From: an uncultured Atopobium sp. | GTDB lineage: Bacteria; Actinomycetota; Coriobacteriia; Coriobacteriales; Atopobiaceae | Direction: 5' to 3' | DNA length: 64,000 bases | Assembly: GCA_937921235.1 (NCBI GenBank) | Contig: CALFOQ010000028.1 | Location: 21,849-85,848 of the forward strand | In this document: piece by piece, positions 25,795-36,185 of the stretch | Layout: each line of letters opens with the position of its first letter | How positions within the stretch are numbered: position 1 is the first letter of the stretch | The notes under the pieces: generated by a model | The model's database searches: none | What the model saw: the letters and a program-made list of their open reading frames with translations, nothing else | Told to the model about the DNA's origin: nothing | Made by a program: the position numbers and the translations under genes

Positions 25795-28174
25795 GGTGAT
25801 AGAACAACCCACTAGACCTTTTATTCCGTATAGCCTTTGTATCTTGCTATTTGTTTGCGTATGGCTGCATGTTTTTATCGCAAGAAACGCACCGCTTGAT
25901 ACTATTTTGCTTCAGATTTTAGGAAGCTGTATGGCGGCGGCATTAGGACTTTGGTATGTAAAGTACGCGCATACCAGCCTTATGACTGTTGGGGTGGTTT
26001 TACTTTCACTTGTAATAATCCTAATCAGATCTTCTTTTATATATGTCAGTCAAATGACATCGGTAGATCTTTTAGAGTCAACCGCTATACATAATTTTGA
26101 ATTAGTCGTATCAAGAGATTCAGTTTATAAAAATCATACATGGACTGGTCAAGCAAATGTCATGTACCAGGGTAGATGCATTGGATCTGTGGGGCTACAT
26201 GCCAAGGAACCATTCTTGCGAGAAACGCATCTTTGTTGTGAAGGTAGGTTTTCACAATATAAAGATAAGGAGTTTTCAGAAGAACAATTTAAGAGGGGAG
26301 TACTTGGCACAATTCAGGTAACCAAGGTAAATTCAAAAACCTATGGAGAGGGAATTATTGGAGAAGTTGCTCAATTTAGAGAAAACTGTATTTCTCAACT
26401 CCAACCAGAACAGAGCTTTGGTCGAGCGTTAGTTGCATGTGGTCTTTGTGCCTATAGGCCTAGCTTGTATAGCTTTAACATTCCTAGAATATTTATGCGT
26501 TGCGGTCTAATGCATCTTATTGCAATTTCTAGTTGTCACATGGTAATTCTCTCTGCTTTTATTGACGCTTTTCTTAAAAAGCTAACGATAAAACCTCTTT
26601 TAAGAGGGGTAGTGAATTTATTTTTACTCAGTAGCTACGCGCTTTTCTGTGGATTACCTGCGTCTGCAATGAGGGCAATACTTCTTGTTGAACAAAAATA
26701 CGTAATGCAATATGTGGGAAGAAAAAATCATACGCTCTCAGCAGTTTCTATCGTTGCATTATTTATGCTTTGTATAGATCCACAGCTAAGTGTGAATATT
26801 GCTTTCACTTTGTCTTTAGCATGTATTTTTGGCATGAATATCTACGGCGGTCTTGCTCAGTACTATGCAAAAATTGCTTTTCACATATCTGGATATGGAA
26901 AAATACAGAAAATTCTTAGAAAACCGTTTTCTGACTTACGAAACACTATGTGTGCCACAACCGTTGCTCAGGTTTCGTGCCTTCCAATTTCTTGCATGTA
27001 CTTTGGTCATTTTTCTTTACTTGCTCCTCTTTCAAGTGCGCTGATTACAAGTTTATTTTCTCTTCTGAGCTTATTTGGAATTGGAGCGATAGCTTTATGT
27101 TGGTTAAAACCGGCTCAAGATGTTGCTTTCTGCCTTGTGGATTTTCTTGGTCAGTTTATAGAGACTCTTACCTCTTTTTTATCCGAAAGATCTTTTGCAA
27201 GCGTGTCGTTAACTGACATGAGTTGGATAGTTTCATTGCTTGTGTTTGCCGCAATGGTGGCTCTTTACGTGTTTTGGCCAAAAGGAAAAAGAGTAGTTTT
27301 ATCTGACATTTGTTTGATGGTGTTTATGCTTGTTTTGGGTTTAAGTATCTACTGGAAGTTTTTCTCGCCAACAAGAATTTGTGTGATGGATATTGGCCAA
27401 GGTGATGCCATATTACTCAGTGACGGTGCGCATTCTCTGCTTGTAGACACGAGTGTGGGAGATGTGGTTAATGACGCTCTAGAGCGACAACACATCTCAT
27501 ATCTTGATGCGATTTTGCTCACACACCTTGATGAGGATCATGCTGGTGGCGTGAGGTATATGGTTGGTTCGGTGAAAGCAGGCCGGGTATTAGTTGGAGA
27601 AGGAATAACAAAACAAGAAAAACCTGAGCTTCAGAGAGCTATTCAGAGGATTTCCGGCAGCAACTCCTATGAAGTTTTATATGGCGATGAATTTGATGTG
27701 GGTCGCTTTCATATCCGCGTTGTGTGGCCGCATAGGGGATACAAAGCTAAAGAAGCTAATAACGCGTCGGTTGAGCTCTATGTGACGTATAACGACGGGC
27801 AAAATACATTAACTACGCTTTTAACGGGAGACGCTGAAAGAGATCAAACAAAAGAGACGGTAACATCGGGTGATGTTGGCGATATTGATTTCTTAAAAGT
27901 CGGCCATCATGGAGCGGCAAAGTCACTCTATCCAGAAACTGCTCGCGCGCTAAAACCTGAGGTAGCAGTTGCAAGTGCTGGAAAGAATAATCGTTATGGA
28001 CATCCTAAACAGGAAGCGGTGGATATCTTAGAGGGTGTTGGCGCAAGGTTTTATTGCACAAAAGATTATGGAGACGTCACAGTATTTCCTGGAGAACATG
28101 GACCTAGGGTGAGCGTGCAACATGCTAAAGTAGATACAGAATTAGAGGAGGAAAAAGATGGCGGAGCAGGCTAA
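25736..28174 (+). CDS. comEC: DNA internalization-related competence protein ComEC/Rec2
   Basis: Polytopic membrane N-terminal two-thirds plus a C-terminal metallo-beta-lactamase domain (LTHLDEDHAGG…GHHG). The start is uncertain: GTG at 25787 or 25796 would remove most of the 59-nt overlap with comEA. Confidence 0.88.
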   Translation: MFLELARKSLISSRTIFVSKVIEQPTRPFIPYSLCILLFVCVWLHVFIARNAPLDTILLQILGSCMAAALGLWYVKYAHTSLMTVGVVLLSLVIILIRSSFIYVSQMTSVDLLESTAIHNFELVVSRDSVYKNHTWTGQANVMYQGRCIGSVGLHAKEPFLRETHLCCEGRFSQYKDKEFSEEQFKRGVLGTIQVTKVNSKTYGEGIIGEVAQFRENCISQLQPEQSFGRALVACGLCAYRPSLYSFNIPRIFMRCGLMHLIAISSCHMVILSAFIDAFLKKLTIKPLLRGVVNLFLLSSYALFCGLPASAMRAILLVEQKYVMQYVGRKNHTLSAVSIVALFMLCIDPQLSVNIAFTLSLACIFGMNIYGGLAQYYAKIAFHISGYGKIQKILRKPFSDLRNTMCATTVAQVSCLPISCMYFGHFSLLAPLSSALITSLFSLLSLFGIGAIALCWLKPAQDVAFCLVDFLGQFIETLTSFLSERSFASVSLTDMSWIVSLLVFAAMVALYVFWPKGKRVVLSDICLMVFMLVLGLSIYWKFFSPTRICVMDIGQGDAILLSDGAHSLLVDTSVGDVVNDALERQHISYLDAILLTHLDEDHAGGVRYMVGSVKAGRVLVGEGITKQEKPELQRAIQRISGSNSYEVLYGDEFDVGRFHIRVVWPHRGYKAKEANNASVELYVTYNDGQNTLTTLLTGDAERDQTKETVTSGDVGDIDFLKVGHHGAAKSLYPETARALKPEVAVASAGKNNRYGHPKQEAVDILEGVGARFYCTKDYGDVTVFPGEHGPRVSVQHAKVDTELEEEKDGGAG

Positions 28175-29129
28175 GTTACTAGCTGCATATTTGGCTGTTG
28201 GCCCTGATGAGATGAAGCGTGCAAGGGCTATTGATAAGCTTAAAAGCCGTCTTAACCAGAGCTTTATTACCTTTAACCTTGATGAGATTTCTGTAAGCGC
28301 TGAGCTGACTCCAGAATCTGTTTTGTCTTCTGCTCAGACACTTCCTATGGGTGATTCTAGGAGAATTGTTGTTATTGACGATGCTGGTAAATTGCCTAAG
28401 TCTGTATCAGAAGCTCTTGTGGAGTATTTAAAAAATCCTAATCCAACTACTACTCTGATGCTTTCTGCACAGACGCTTGCAAAAACTACAAGGCTTTATA
28501 AAGCAGTTGATGCATTAGGTAAGCTTGCAGTTATTAACTGTGGTGCTATTTCTAGAAAAGAATTGCCTAAATATATAGGGGATCTTGGAAGAAAGTACGG
28601 ACTACAAATTCCTCTAAATGTGGCCAATGAGCTTGTAAGTCGTGTTGGCGATAATACCACTATGCTTGATTCTCAAGTTAAATCTCTAGCAGCTCTTCTA
28701 GGTCATCCTGGTGCAATTGACATTCAATTTGTAGAAACCCATGTTGCACGAGTGGTTGAAGTCAAGCCCTGGGATTTTCTCGATAGTTTATCAGCGAGAA
28801 ACGCTCAAAAGGCTCTGGAGCTTTACAGTCAGATGGATGAATCGGGAGCTATTGGAAATCTGTCACTTATGACTGGACGCGTAAGAGAGCTTATTTGCGC
28901 CAGGTCTATGGTTAAGCGTGGTACAGAGCGGGAAATTGCCTCAGTTTTGGGCAAGCAAGACTGGCAAGTAAGAAATTATGCACGATGGGCGCGTCAATTT
29001 GCAGATGGCGAGCTTGAACATATTCTGGGTCTCTGTGCAGATGCAGAACGTGGTCTTAAGAGTGGAGAAGATAAAACAACCACAATGACCAAGCTTATCT
29101 TTGCTCTGTGCGGCGTGGCAAATGTGTAG
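28158..29129 (+). CDS. holA: DNA polymerase III subunit delta
   Basis: 323 aa. Conserved Gram-positive position after comEC and opposite rpsT. Delta-like N-terminal sequence (…AYLAVGPDEM…RIVVIDDAGKL…). Confidence 0.8.
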   Translation: MAEQAKLLAAYLAVGPDEMKRARAIDKLKSRLNQSFITFNLDEISVSAELTPESVLSSAQTLPMGDSRRIVVIDDAGKLPKSVSEALVEYLKNPNPTTTLMLSAQTLAKTTRLYKAVDALGKLAVINCGAISRKELPKYIGDLGRKYGLQIPLNVANELVSRVGDNTTMLDSQVKSLAALLGHPGAIDIQFVETHVARVVEVKPWDFLDSLSARNAQKALELYSQMDESGAIGNLSLMTGRVRELICARSMVKRGTEREIASVLGKQDWQVRNYARWARQFADGELEHILGLCADAERGLKSGEDKTTTMTKLIFALCGVANV

Positions 29130-29148
29130 ATTCAAAGAATTCAGGTAA

Positions 29149-29178
29149 GAAAAAACGGACTCCAAGGAGTCCGTTTTA
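29149..29178. terminator. bidirectional terminator between holA and rpsT
   Basis: ACGGACT / AGTCCGT stem flanked by an A-run (5') and a T-run (3'). It could serve both convergent genes. Confidence 0.7.
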
Positions 29179-29201
29179 AAAAGTTTAAAAGTAGATAAGA
29201 A

Positions 29202-29465
29202 CTACTTAAGGGTGTTAACAAGCTTCTGAATGCCGCTCTTACGCTGAGCAGCCTGATTCTTGTGTACGATGCCCTTAGAAGCAGCCTTGTCAAGAAGGCG
29301 GGATGCCTTGTTAGCTGCAACCTGTGCGTCCTCAAGCTGGCCTGCCTCAACAGCAGTGCGAACTGCCTTAATAGCAGTCTTAAGCTCGGAACGGACAGCC
29401 TTGTTGCGCTGGCGTGCCTTCTCAGCGGTGAGAATACGCTTCTTCTGAGACTTGATGTTAGCCAC
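29202..29465 (-). CDS. rpsT: 30S ribosomal protein S20
   Basis: [33 protein letters not shown]…, 87 aa. Confidence 0.95.
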   Translation of the reverse strand: MANIKSQKKRILTAEKARQRNKAVRSELKTAIKAVRTAVEAGQLEDAQVAANKASRLLDKAASKGIVHKNQAAQRKSGIQKLVNTLK

Positions 29466-29573
29466 GTGCGGTTCCTTTCGGTGTTTACTATGTGAGGCCT
29501 CTTCGCTGAGACACGTTTGAGGCAGCTGTTGAAGTATAGCACGAAGGGGGTAGTTTACGCTATTATTTTCCTT

Positions 29574-31385
29574 ATGAATACACAGGATACTTCACATATT
29601 CGCAACTTCTCTATTGTTGCGCACATCGATCACGGTAAATCTACCATCAGTGACCGCATTTTGGAGCTTACTCATACCGTTGAAGAACGCGATATGGAGT
29701 CACAGCTCTTGGACACTATGGACATTGAACGTGAGCGCGGAATTACCATTAAATCAAACGCAGTCCGCGTCATGTATGACGCAGATGACGGAGAGCGCTA
29801 TCAGTTCAACCTGATTGACACCCCAGGCCACGTTGACTTTACCTATGAGGTCTCAAGGTCTTTGGCTGCTTGTGAAGGTGCAGTGCTGGTTGTTGATGCA
29901 ACGCAAGGCGTTGAGGCACAGACTGTCTCAAACGCCATGTTGGCCATGAACGCTAACCTGGATATTGTTCCTGCAATCAATAAGATTGACCTTCCATCTG
30001 CTCGACCTGAAGAGGTACGTGCAGAAATTGAAGATGTTCTTGCTATCCCGGCTGATGATGCGGTATGTGTCTCTGGCAAAACAGGTGAGGGTATTCACGA
30101 GCTCCTTGAGGCTTTGGTGTATTTGGTTTCTCCTCCAAAGGGAGACCCTACAGCTCCACTTAAGGCGCTTATTCTTGACTCGTATTTTGACCAGTTCAGA
30201 GGCGTCGTTGCAACAGTGCGTGTTTTTGATGGTTCAATCAAAGCCGGCGATCAGCTCCTTATGATGCAGGGCTCTATGCCTTTTCTTGTTGAAGAAGTTG
30301 GCGCTAAGAGACCTCTTGAGATGCCTGTTGACCAGCTTTCTGTTGGTGAAGTTGGCTATGTGGTAACTGGCCTCAAAGACCCTGAAGCTGTCCGCGTTGG
30401 AGATACGCTTACCTATAAGCAAAATCCTTGTGCAGAACCACTACCAGGTTACCGCGAGGCAAAACCAATGGTATTTACCGGTCTTTTCCCGGTTGATAAC
30501 AAACAGTACGAGAATCTCCGTGACGCACTTGATAAGTTGCACGTTAATGATCCATCTCTTACGTGGTCTCCAGAGACGTCTGTTGCTTTGGGATTTGGCT
30601 TCAGAGTAGGTTTTTTGGGTCTTCTCCACATGGAGGTTGTCAAAGAACGTCTTGAGCGTGAGTTTGACCTGGACTTGATTGCTACCAGTCCCTCTGTTGA
30701 CTACCACGTCTACAAGACCGATGGAACTATGATTGAGATTACCAGTCCTCAAAATCTTCCAGAGGTTACCAAGATTGACCGCATTGATGAGCCATACCTA
30801 AAGGCAAAGATTATTGTGCCTCCTGAGTTTGTTGGTACGGTTATGCAGCTTGTTGTTGATCATCGCGGCGTATCTGAAGACATGGTGTATCTGTCTGATA
30901 AGTCCGTCGAGATGATCTTTAGCATTCCTTTGGCTGAGCTTATCCTGGACTTCTTTGACCAGCTTAAGAGTAGAACCAAAGGCTATGCCTCACTTGACTA
31001 TGAGTTTGATTCGTATCGCACTTCTGACCTGGTTAAGCTTGATATCTTGCTTGCTGGAGACGTCGTTGATGCGCTTTCGTTTATTGTTCATAAAGACAAA
31101 GCATATGATCTTGCTCGTGGTCTTTGCGACAGATTAAAAGGCATCATTCCTCAGCAGCTCTTTGAGGTTCCTATTCAAGGTGCTATTGGCAATAAAATCA
31201 TTTCTCGCTCTACTGTTCGCGCACGTAGAAAGGACGTCTTAGCTAAATGCTACGGCGGCGATATTTCCAGAAAGCGCAAACTGCTTGAAAAGCAAAAAGA
31301 GGGTAAGAAGCGCATGAAGCAGATTGGCTCAGTCGAAGTACCTCAAGAGGCATTCTTGGCTGTTCTCAAGGTTGACGACGAGTAG
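29574..31385 (+). CDS. lepA: translation elongation factor 4 (LepA)
   Basis: [32 protein letters not shown], and the characteristic LepA C-terminus …[35 protein letters not shown]. Start taken at ATG 29574; the track ORF extends to TTG 29517. Confidence 0.95.
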   Translation: MNTQDTSHIRNFSIVAHIDHGKSTISDRILELTHTVEERDMESQLLDTMDIERERGITIKSNAVRVMYDADDGERYQFNLIDTPGHVDFTYEVSRSLAACEGAVLVVDATQGVEAQTVSNAMLAMNANLDIVPAINKIDLPSARPEEVRAEIEDVLAIPADDAVCVSGKTGEGIHELLEALVYLVSPPKGDPTAPLKALILDSYFDQFRGVVATVRVFDGSIKAGDQLLMMQGSMPFLVEEVGAKRPLEMPVDQLSVGEVGYVVTGLKDPEAVRVGDTLTYKQNPCAEPLPGYREAKPMVFTGLFPVDNKQYENLRDALDKLHVNDPSLTWSPETSVALGFGFRVGFLGLLHMEVVKERLEREFDLDLIATSPSVDYHVYKTDGTMIEITSPQNLPEVTKIDRIDEPYLKAKIIVPPEFVGTVMQLVVDHRGVSEDMVYLSDKSVEMIFSIPLAELILDFFDQLKSRTKGYASLDYEFDSYRTSDLVKLDILLAGDVVDALSFIVHKDKAYDLARGLCDRLKGIIPQQLFEVPIQGAIGNKIISRSTVRARRKDVLAKCYGGDISRKRKLLEKQKEGKKRMKQIGSVEVPQEAFLAVLKVDDE

Positions 31386-31394
31386 AAGGTATTT

Positions 31395-32486
31395 GTGGAG
31401 TCGCTTCAAACAATCATTTCAACCTGCTCACCTCAAGCAGGCCTTTCTTCACATATTGTCCCTTTTGCGTCAGGAGCTTCACTCAAGGAGCGCCTGTCCG
31501 CTCATCCTGTGCTTATGGCGCCCATGGCTGGTGTCAGTGATGGTGTGTATCGCACTATGGCTCGAGCGGGCGGAGCAGGTCTTGCATACTCAGAAATGGT
31601 TTCTGTCGCAGGAATTCATTATGGTGGCGAGAAAACCTGGGAGCTTGTAGAGCCTCTTTCAACTGAGCCAGATATTGCTGTTCAACTTTTTGGTTCAAAG
31701 CCAGAGCAATTTAAAGAAGCGGCAGCTCAGATCAGTGAGCGCCTAGGAAATAAACTTGCTCTTATCGATATCAATATGGCTTGTCCTGTTCCTAAGGTTG
31801 TCAAAAAAGGGGAGGGCTCAGCCCTTCTCGATACCCCGGAGCTTGCTGCAGATCTGGTCAAAGCTTGTCTTTCTGAGGTCGCGGTGCCTGTTACCGTGAA
31901 GATTAGACGAGGTAGACGTCAGGATGAAGAAGTAGCTCCTGAGTTTGCTCGCGCCATGGAAGCTGCTGGAGCGTCTGCTGTTGCTATTCATGGCCGCTTT
32001 GCAACTCAGATGTATCGAGGTCAGGCGGAATGGGAGACCGTTAATAGAGTTTGTGATGCTGTTTCAATTCCGGTAATAGGCTCTGGTGACATGCTCTCTG
32101 CTGAAGCGGCAGCTCATGCCCTTACAGAGACGGGTGTAACAGCTGTAATGATTGCTCGTGGAACCTATGGTAATCCTTGGATTTTTAAGAACACTCAAGC
32201 TTTAGTTGAAGGTCAAGCTCCACTTGTTCCAACACTTGATCAGATGCTTGCATCTTTTATGATGCACGTACGTTTACTTGACGCTGCCCACATTCATATT
32301 GCTCGAGCAAGAAGTCTCTCTACCTGGTATTTTAGGGGTATTCCAAACGCTGCCTATTGGCGTGGTAAGTCAGTAAGGTGTGTTACTGCTCAAGATTTTA
32401 TTGATCTGGCGCTAGAGATTAAAGAAACCGTTCAGCAATTTGAGGGTGAGCAGGAATTTTCTGAGCACAATCCATTTATAAGCTAG
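31395..32486 (+). CDS. dus: tRNA-dihydrouridine synthase
   Basis: …LMAPMAGVSDGVYR…, …IDINMACPVPKVVKKGEGSALL…, TIM-barrel Dus family. GTG start. Confidence 0.88.
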   Translation: MESLQTIISTCSPQAGLSSHIVPFASGASLKERLSAHPVLMAPMAGVSDGVYRTMARAGGAGLAYSEMVSVAGIHYGGEKTWELVEPLSTEPDIAVQLFGSKPEQFKEAAAQISERLGNKLALIDINMACPVPKVVKKGEGSALLDTPELAADLVKACLSEVAVPVTVKIRRGRRQDEEVAPEFARAMEAAGASAVAIHGRFATQMYRGQAEWETVNRVCDAVSIPVIGSGDMLSAEAAAHALTETGVTAVMIARGTYGNPWIFKNTQALVEGQAPLVPTLDQMLASFMMHVRLLDAAHIHIARARSLSTWYFRGIPNAAYWRGKSVRCVTAQDFIDLALEIKETVQQFEGEQEFSEHNPFIS

Positions 32487-32495
32487 TGGTCTGTT

Positions 32496-33746
32496 GTGGA
32501 TTCCTGGCAGTCTAAATACAATCAAACGGCTATCTCTGCACTTTATCTGCATATTCCGTTTTGTTCTCAAAAATGCTTCTATTGCGATTTCTCTTCTTGG
32601 TCTACAAGACAAGATGACAGTCGCATGAATAATTACGTTAAAGCACTAAAACATCAGCTAGACGAGGCCGCCCAGCTTGGTTTGTTATCAGCCACAAAAA
32701 CAGTTTATATGGGCGGTGGAACACCAAGCTTGCTTGGACAAGATGCAGTGGATTTGGCGCAGCACACTTCAGCGATTGTAAATCCTGCTGAGTTCAGTAT
32801 TGAAGCAAATCCAGACTCACTATCTGATGATCTTCTCGCCAGTCTTGCTACGGGCGGGGTAACACGAGTTTCTTTGGGAGTTCAAAGTTTTAACGATAAT
32901 GAGCTCAAGAAGCTGGGCAGAATTCACTCGGCCGACCTGGCTTACGACAGAGTACTTGCTGCAAAAGAGCATGGTTACGATGTGTCGGTTGATCTTATGT
33001 GTGCAATTCCTGAGCAAACAGAGAGTTCTTGGGAGTTTTCGCTCTCAAGATTTATCTCGCTTGGCGTAAATCATGTGAGTGTCTATCCGCTAACCATTGA
33101 AGACGGCACGGCGCTGGCTAAGCAAACCCAGGATAAAGACACTCCATGGAACACCTATGACGTGCAGGCAGATCGAATGCAGGCGGCCTCAAAGACGCTC
33201 CAAGCGGCGGGGTTTGAACGCTACGAGGTGGCAAGTTATGCTCGCAATCAGAAGAGCTGTAAGCACAATAAGATGTACTGGACAGGCGAGTCGTACCTTG
33301 GTCTTGGTACCAGCGCTGCAAGCATGCTCACCGCACCTGAGTACGATATGCTTGCAGAGAAGAACACCTCTTTACCTGCGCGTCCACAAGACGCTGCTCG
33401 CGCACGGCTGGTAGTTCTTGATTCTCCAAGAAAAATTGGTGAAGGTGCATCGCTCTTCTCGACAGAGTTTGATGTTGAATTTTTGACCCATAGAGAAGCT
33501 GTGGCAGAAGATTTGATGCTGCATGCTCGCCTTATGGAACCAATTTCGCCTGCGCTTTTGGTTGAGTCTGAGCTGGTATTTGGCGCGTCGCGTCTACAAG
33601 ACGTGCTTGATTTGTGCGTTCATGACGGTTTGTTGGACTGCGTTTATGCAGATGCTTTAGATGGCGCAAAAACCTATAGACCTACCGAGAAGGGCTGGCT
33701 GCTTGGTAACGAGCTCTATGGACGTCTTTGGGATTTACGTTTGTAA
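32496..33746 (+). CDS. hemW: radical SAM family heme chaperone HemW (HemN-like)
   Basis: Radical-SAM motif YLHIPFCSQKCFYCDF. Conserved lepA-hemW neighbourhood. Confidence 0.88.
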   Translation: MDSWQSKYNQTAISALYLHIPFCSQKCFYCDFSSWSTRQDDSRMNNYVKALKHQLDEAAQLGLLSATKTVYMGGGTPSLLGQDAVDLAQHTSAIVNPAEFSIEANPDSLSDDLLASLATGGVTRVSLGVQSFNDNELKKLGRIHSADLAYDRVLAAKEHGYDVSVDLMCAIPEQTESSWEFSLSRFISLGVNHVSVYPLTIEDGTALAKQTQDKDTPWNTYDVQADRMQAASKTLQAAGFERYEVASYARNQKSCKHNKMYWTGESYLGLGTSAASMLTAPEYDMLAEKNTSLPARPQDAARARLVVLDSPRKIGEGASLFSTEFDVEFLTHREAVAEDLMLHARLMEPISPALLVESELVFGASRLQDVLDLCVHDGLLDCVYADALDGAKTYRPTEKGWLLGNELYGRLWDLRL

Positions 33747-33839
33747 CGTGTTTGTGCTGCATTAAGTTCAAAACAAGTGGGTACACTTTCAAACGTTCTC
33801 GTGATGCAGATTTTTTATGGGTTGAATCGGAGAGATTTC

Positions 33840-34946
33840 ATGGCTGCTATGAACGAAAAGGACTATTACGCCATCCTTGGTGTTTCTGAGTCCGCGACAG
33901 CTGAAGAAATTAGAAAAGCTTTTCAAACTAAAGCTCGCAAGCTTCATCCAGACGTCAACAAAGAGCCTGATGCTGAAGAGCGTTTTAAAGAGGTCTCTGA
34001 GGCGTATGCTGTTCTATCAGATGCCGAGAAACGCCGTCGCTATGACGCAATGAGAAGCGGCTCTTTCTACGGCGGCGGTTATGGCCCCTCTGGTTATCCA
34101 GGTGGATCTGCGTATGGAGGTTCTCCTTTTGAGGGAGGCTTCCCGTTTGGTGATATTAACTTTAATAACTGGACTACAGGATCTCAAAAGCGCTCTCGCG
34201 CATATAAGCCTCAGACAGGTGCAGATATTGTCTATGACTTAACACTGAATGACACTGACGCTAAAAATGGTGTTAAGAAAGGCATAACGTACCAGCGTTT
34301 TGTAACCTGTGATGCTTGTGCTGGTAAGGGTTCTCAGCATAAGACTGAGGCAACCACCTGTCCTACCTGTCATGGAACGGGACACATTGATATTGATCTT
34401 TCTTCCATTTTTGGAGTTGGAAAGTTCAGAGTTGATTGTCCAGAGTGTGATGGTGCTGGACACGTTGTGCAGGACCCCTGTGATGTTTGCGGCGGTTCGG
34501 GACGTGTTTTATCTGCAAGTGAAATTATGGTTGATGTACCAGCTAACTCGCATGATGGCGACCAGATCAGAGTACCTGGAATGGGAAATGCAGGAACAAA
34601 TGGTTCTGCAACCGGCGACTTTATCGTAAATATCAAGGTTCCTTCAGAGCAGTTGACGTTCCGTCAACGCGCGGGAGCTCGTATCACAGGTATAACTGCA
34701 ATGCTTCTTGTGTTTGTGGCGCTTAATTTACGCTCACCACTATTTGCCATTGTGTTGATTCCGCTTTTGATATTTGGCATAAGAAATGTTCTTGCAGATG
34801 GCGTCAAGATGAATGCTGGCTGGTGGAGAAGCTTTGCAAATGCCTTTGTTTCGGGAATTATCAACGGTGCCTTCTACTCAATTATTATTATGACTTTGTA
34901 TGCTTGTACGGCCGGATTAGGCCATGTCGGCTATATGGGAATTTAA
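33840..34946 (+). CDS. membrane-anchored DnaJ paralog (J domain + G-rich + 4x CxxCxGxG zinc finger + C-terminal TM segments)
   Basis: J domain [34 protein letters not shown]. Zinc-finger motifs [24 protein letters not shown] and CDVCGGSG. The last ~87 aa are hydrophobic ([16 protein letters not shown]…LIPLLIFGI…[21 protein letters not shown]). ATG at 33840 has GGAGAG upstream. Confidence 0.85.
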   Translation: MAAMNEKDYYAILGVSESATAEEIRKAFQTKARKLHPDVNKEPDAEERFKEVSEAYAVLSDAEKRRRYDAMRSGSFYGGGYGPSGYPGGSAYGGSPFEGGFPFGDINFNNWTTGSQKRSRAYKPQTGADIVYDLTLNDTDAKNGVKKGITYQRFVTCDACAGKGSQHKTEATTCPTCHGTGHIDIDLSSIFGVGKFRVDCPECDGAGHVVQDPCDVCGGSGRVLSASEIMVDVPANSHDGDQIRVPGMGNAGTNGSATGDFIVNIKVPSEQLTFRQRAGARITGITAMLLVFVALNLRSPLFAIVLIPLLIFGIRNVLADGVKMNAGWWRSFANAFVSGIINGAFYSIIIMTLYACTAGLGHVGYMGI

Positions 34947-34979
34947 GTTTTAGGTTTTACAAGGGGAGAGTTAGTAAGC

Positions 34980-36185
34980 GTGGCAGAGAAGAAAGACTTC
35001 TACGAGCTCTTAGGTGTTGCTCGTGATGCAGACCAAAAAACAATCAAGCGAGCTTTTCTAAAGCTGGCAAGAAAGCTGCACCCTGATGTTTCTGATGATC
35101 CTCATGCAGAAGAGAAGTTTAAAGAGGTAAACGAAGCTTATTCTGTGCTGTCAGATGAGCAAAAACGTGCCAACTATGACCGTTATGGTGATCCTAATGG
35201 TCCATCCGGTTTTGGTGGCGGCTATGTGGATATGTCAGATATCTTTGGCGGTGGTTTTGGCGGCTTTGGAGATATCTTTGACTCCTTTTTTGGCGGCGGC
35301 CATGGTGGTCGTGGCGCTGCTCAGCGTACTCGTGGTAGTGATATGGGAATTAGACTCTCTATCACTTTGGAAGAGGCTGCTGCGGGTGTCACAAAAACTA
35401 TCTCGTATAACAGACTTTCTACCTGTGATGACTGTAATGGCACCGGCCTTGGTGAGGGTGGAAAAATTGAAGACTGCCCACGCTGTCACGGTACGGGTAC
35501 GGTAGTTCAGGTCCAAAATACCGTCTTTGGTCAGATGCAGTCTCAGACTGTATGTCCAGAGTGCCAAGGAACAGGCAAAAAAGTAGAACATGCCTGTGAG
35601 ACCTGTGATGGCCAGGGAAGAACTCCTGACCATGAGCGTGTTTCTGTTGAAATTCCTGCTGGTGTCCATTCTGGCCAGTCAATTTCTATTACCGGCAAGG
35701 GCGAGGCAGGTGTCAGAGGTGATACCTCTGGTGACCTCATCGTAACTATTGAGGTTTCCCAGCATAAAGACTTTGAGCGCAGGGGAGACGATCTCTTTAC
35801 TTCAGTTAGTGTTGATTCTCTTGAGGCAATTGTTGGTACCACCGTTACCATTGACGGCATTATCAAAGATGAAACTATTGAGATTTCTATACCTGCAGGT
35901 TGTAAGTATGGCCAGCAGCTAAGCGTGGCTGGTAAAGGCATGCCTCGTTTGCATACCAAGGCTCGTGGGAACCTTTACGTTCTGGTTCACATTGAGACTC
36001 CAACAGGACTGACAAAAGATCAGTTAGAGACGCTTACCTCCCTCATTGATGAGCGCAAACAAAGTGGTTCTCAAGATGCTCAAGATGAGTCACACACCAC
36101 TCAATCTGAAGGCAGTGATTCTTCAGATCACAAAAATAAGAACGCCAAAAAGACTTCCAAAAAGACTTCCAAGAAGAGGCGCTAA
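34980..36185 (+). CDS. dnaJ: molecular chaperone DnaJ
   Basis: J domain [35 protein letters not shown] region, four CxxCxGxG motifs, full C-terminal domains, and a K-rich tail KNKNAKKTSKKTSKKRR. Confidence 0.93.
   Translation: MAEKKDFYELLGVARDADQKTIKRAFLKLARKLHPDVSDDPHAEEKFKEVNEAYSVLSDEQKRANYDRYGDPNGPSGFGGGYVDMSDIFGGGFGGFGDIFDSFFGGGHGGRGAAQRTRGSDMGIRLSITLEEAAAGVTKTISYNRLSTCDDCNGTGLGEGGKIEDCPRCHGTGTVVQVQNTVFGQMQSQTVCPECQGTGKKVEHACETCDGQGRTPDHERVSVEIPAGVHSGQSISITGKGEAGVRGDTSGDLIVTIEVSQHKDFERRGDDLFTSVSVDSLEAIVGTTVTIDGIIKDETIEISIPAGCKYGQQLSVAGKGMPRLHTKARGNLYVLVHIETPTGLTKDQLETLTSLIDERKQSGSQDAQDESHTTQSEGSDSSDHKNKNAKKTSKKTSKKRR

Noticed and set aside
29141-29542. 133-aa minus ORF and the plus ORFs 29260-29495 overlapping rpsT
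   Set aside because: They are alternative frames of the unmistakable S20 gene, with arginine/leucine-rich nonsense translations.
29517-29573. N-terminal extensions suggested by the ORF track for several genes: lepA 29517, ftsK 45575, rimO 50126, mihF 22342, galM 14345, galT 12032, DnaJ-like 33777, LysM 63229
   Set aside because: In each case an internal ATG with a better-placed Shine-Dalgarno sequence restores the canonical protein N-terminus and removes or reduces overlap with the upstream gene. The extensions are longest-ORF artefacts.
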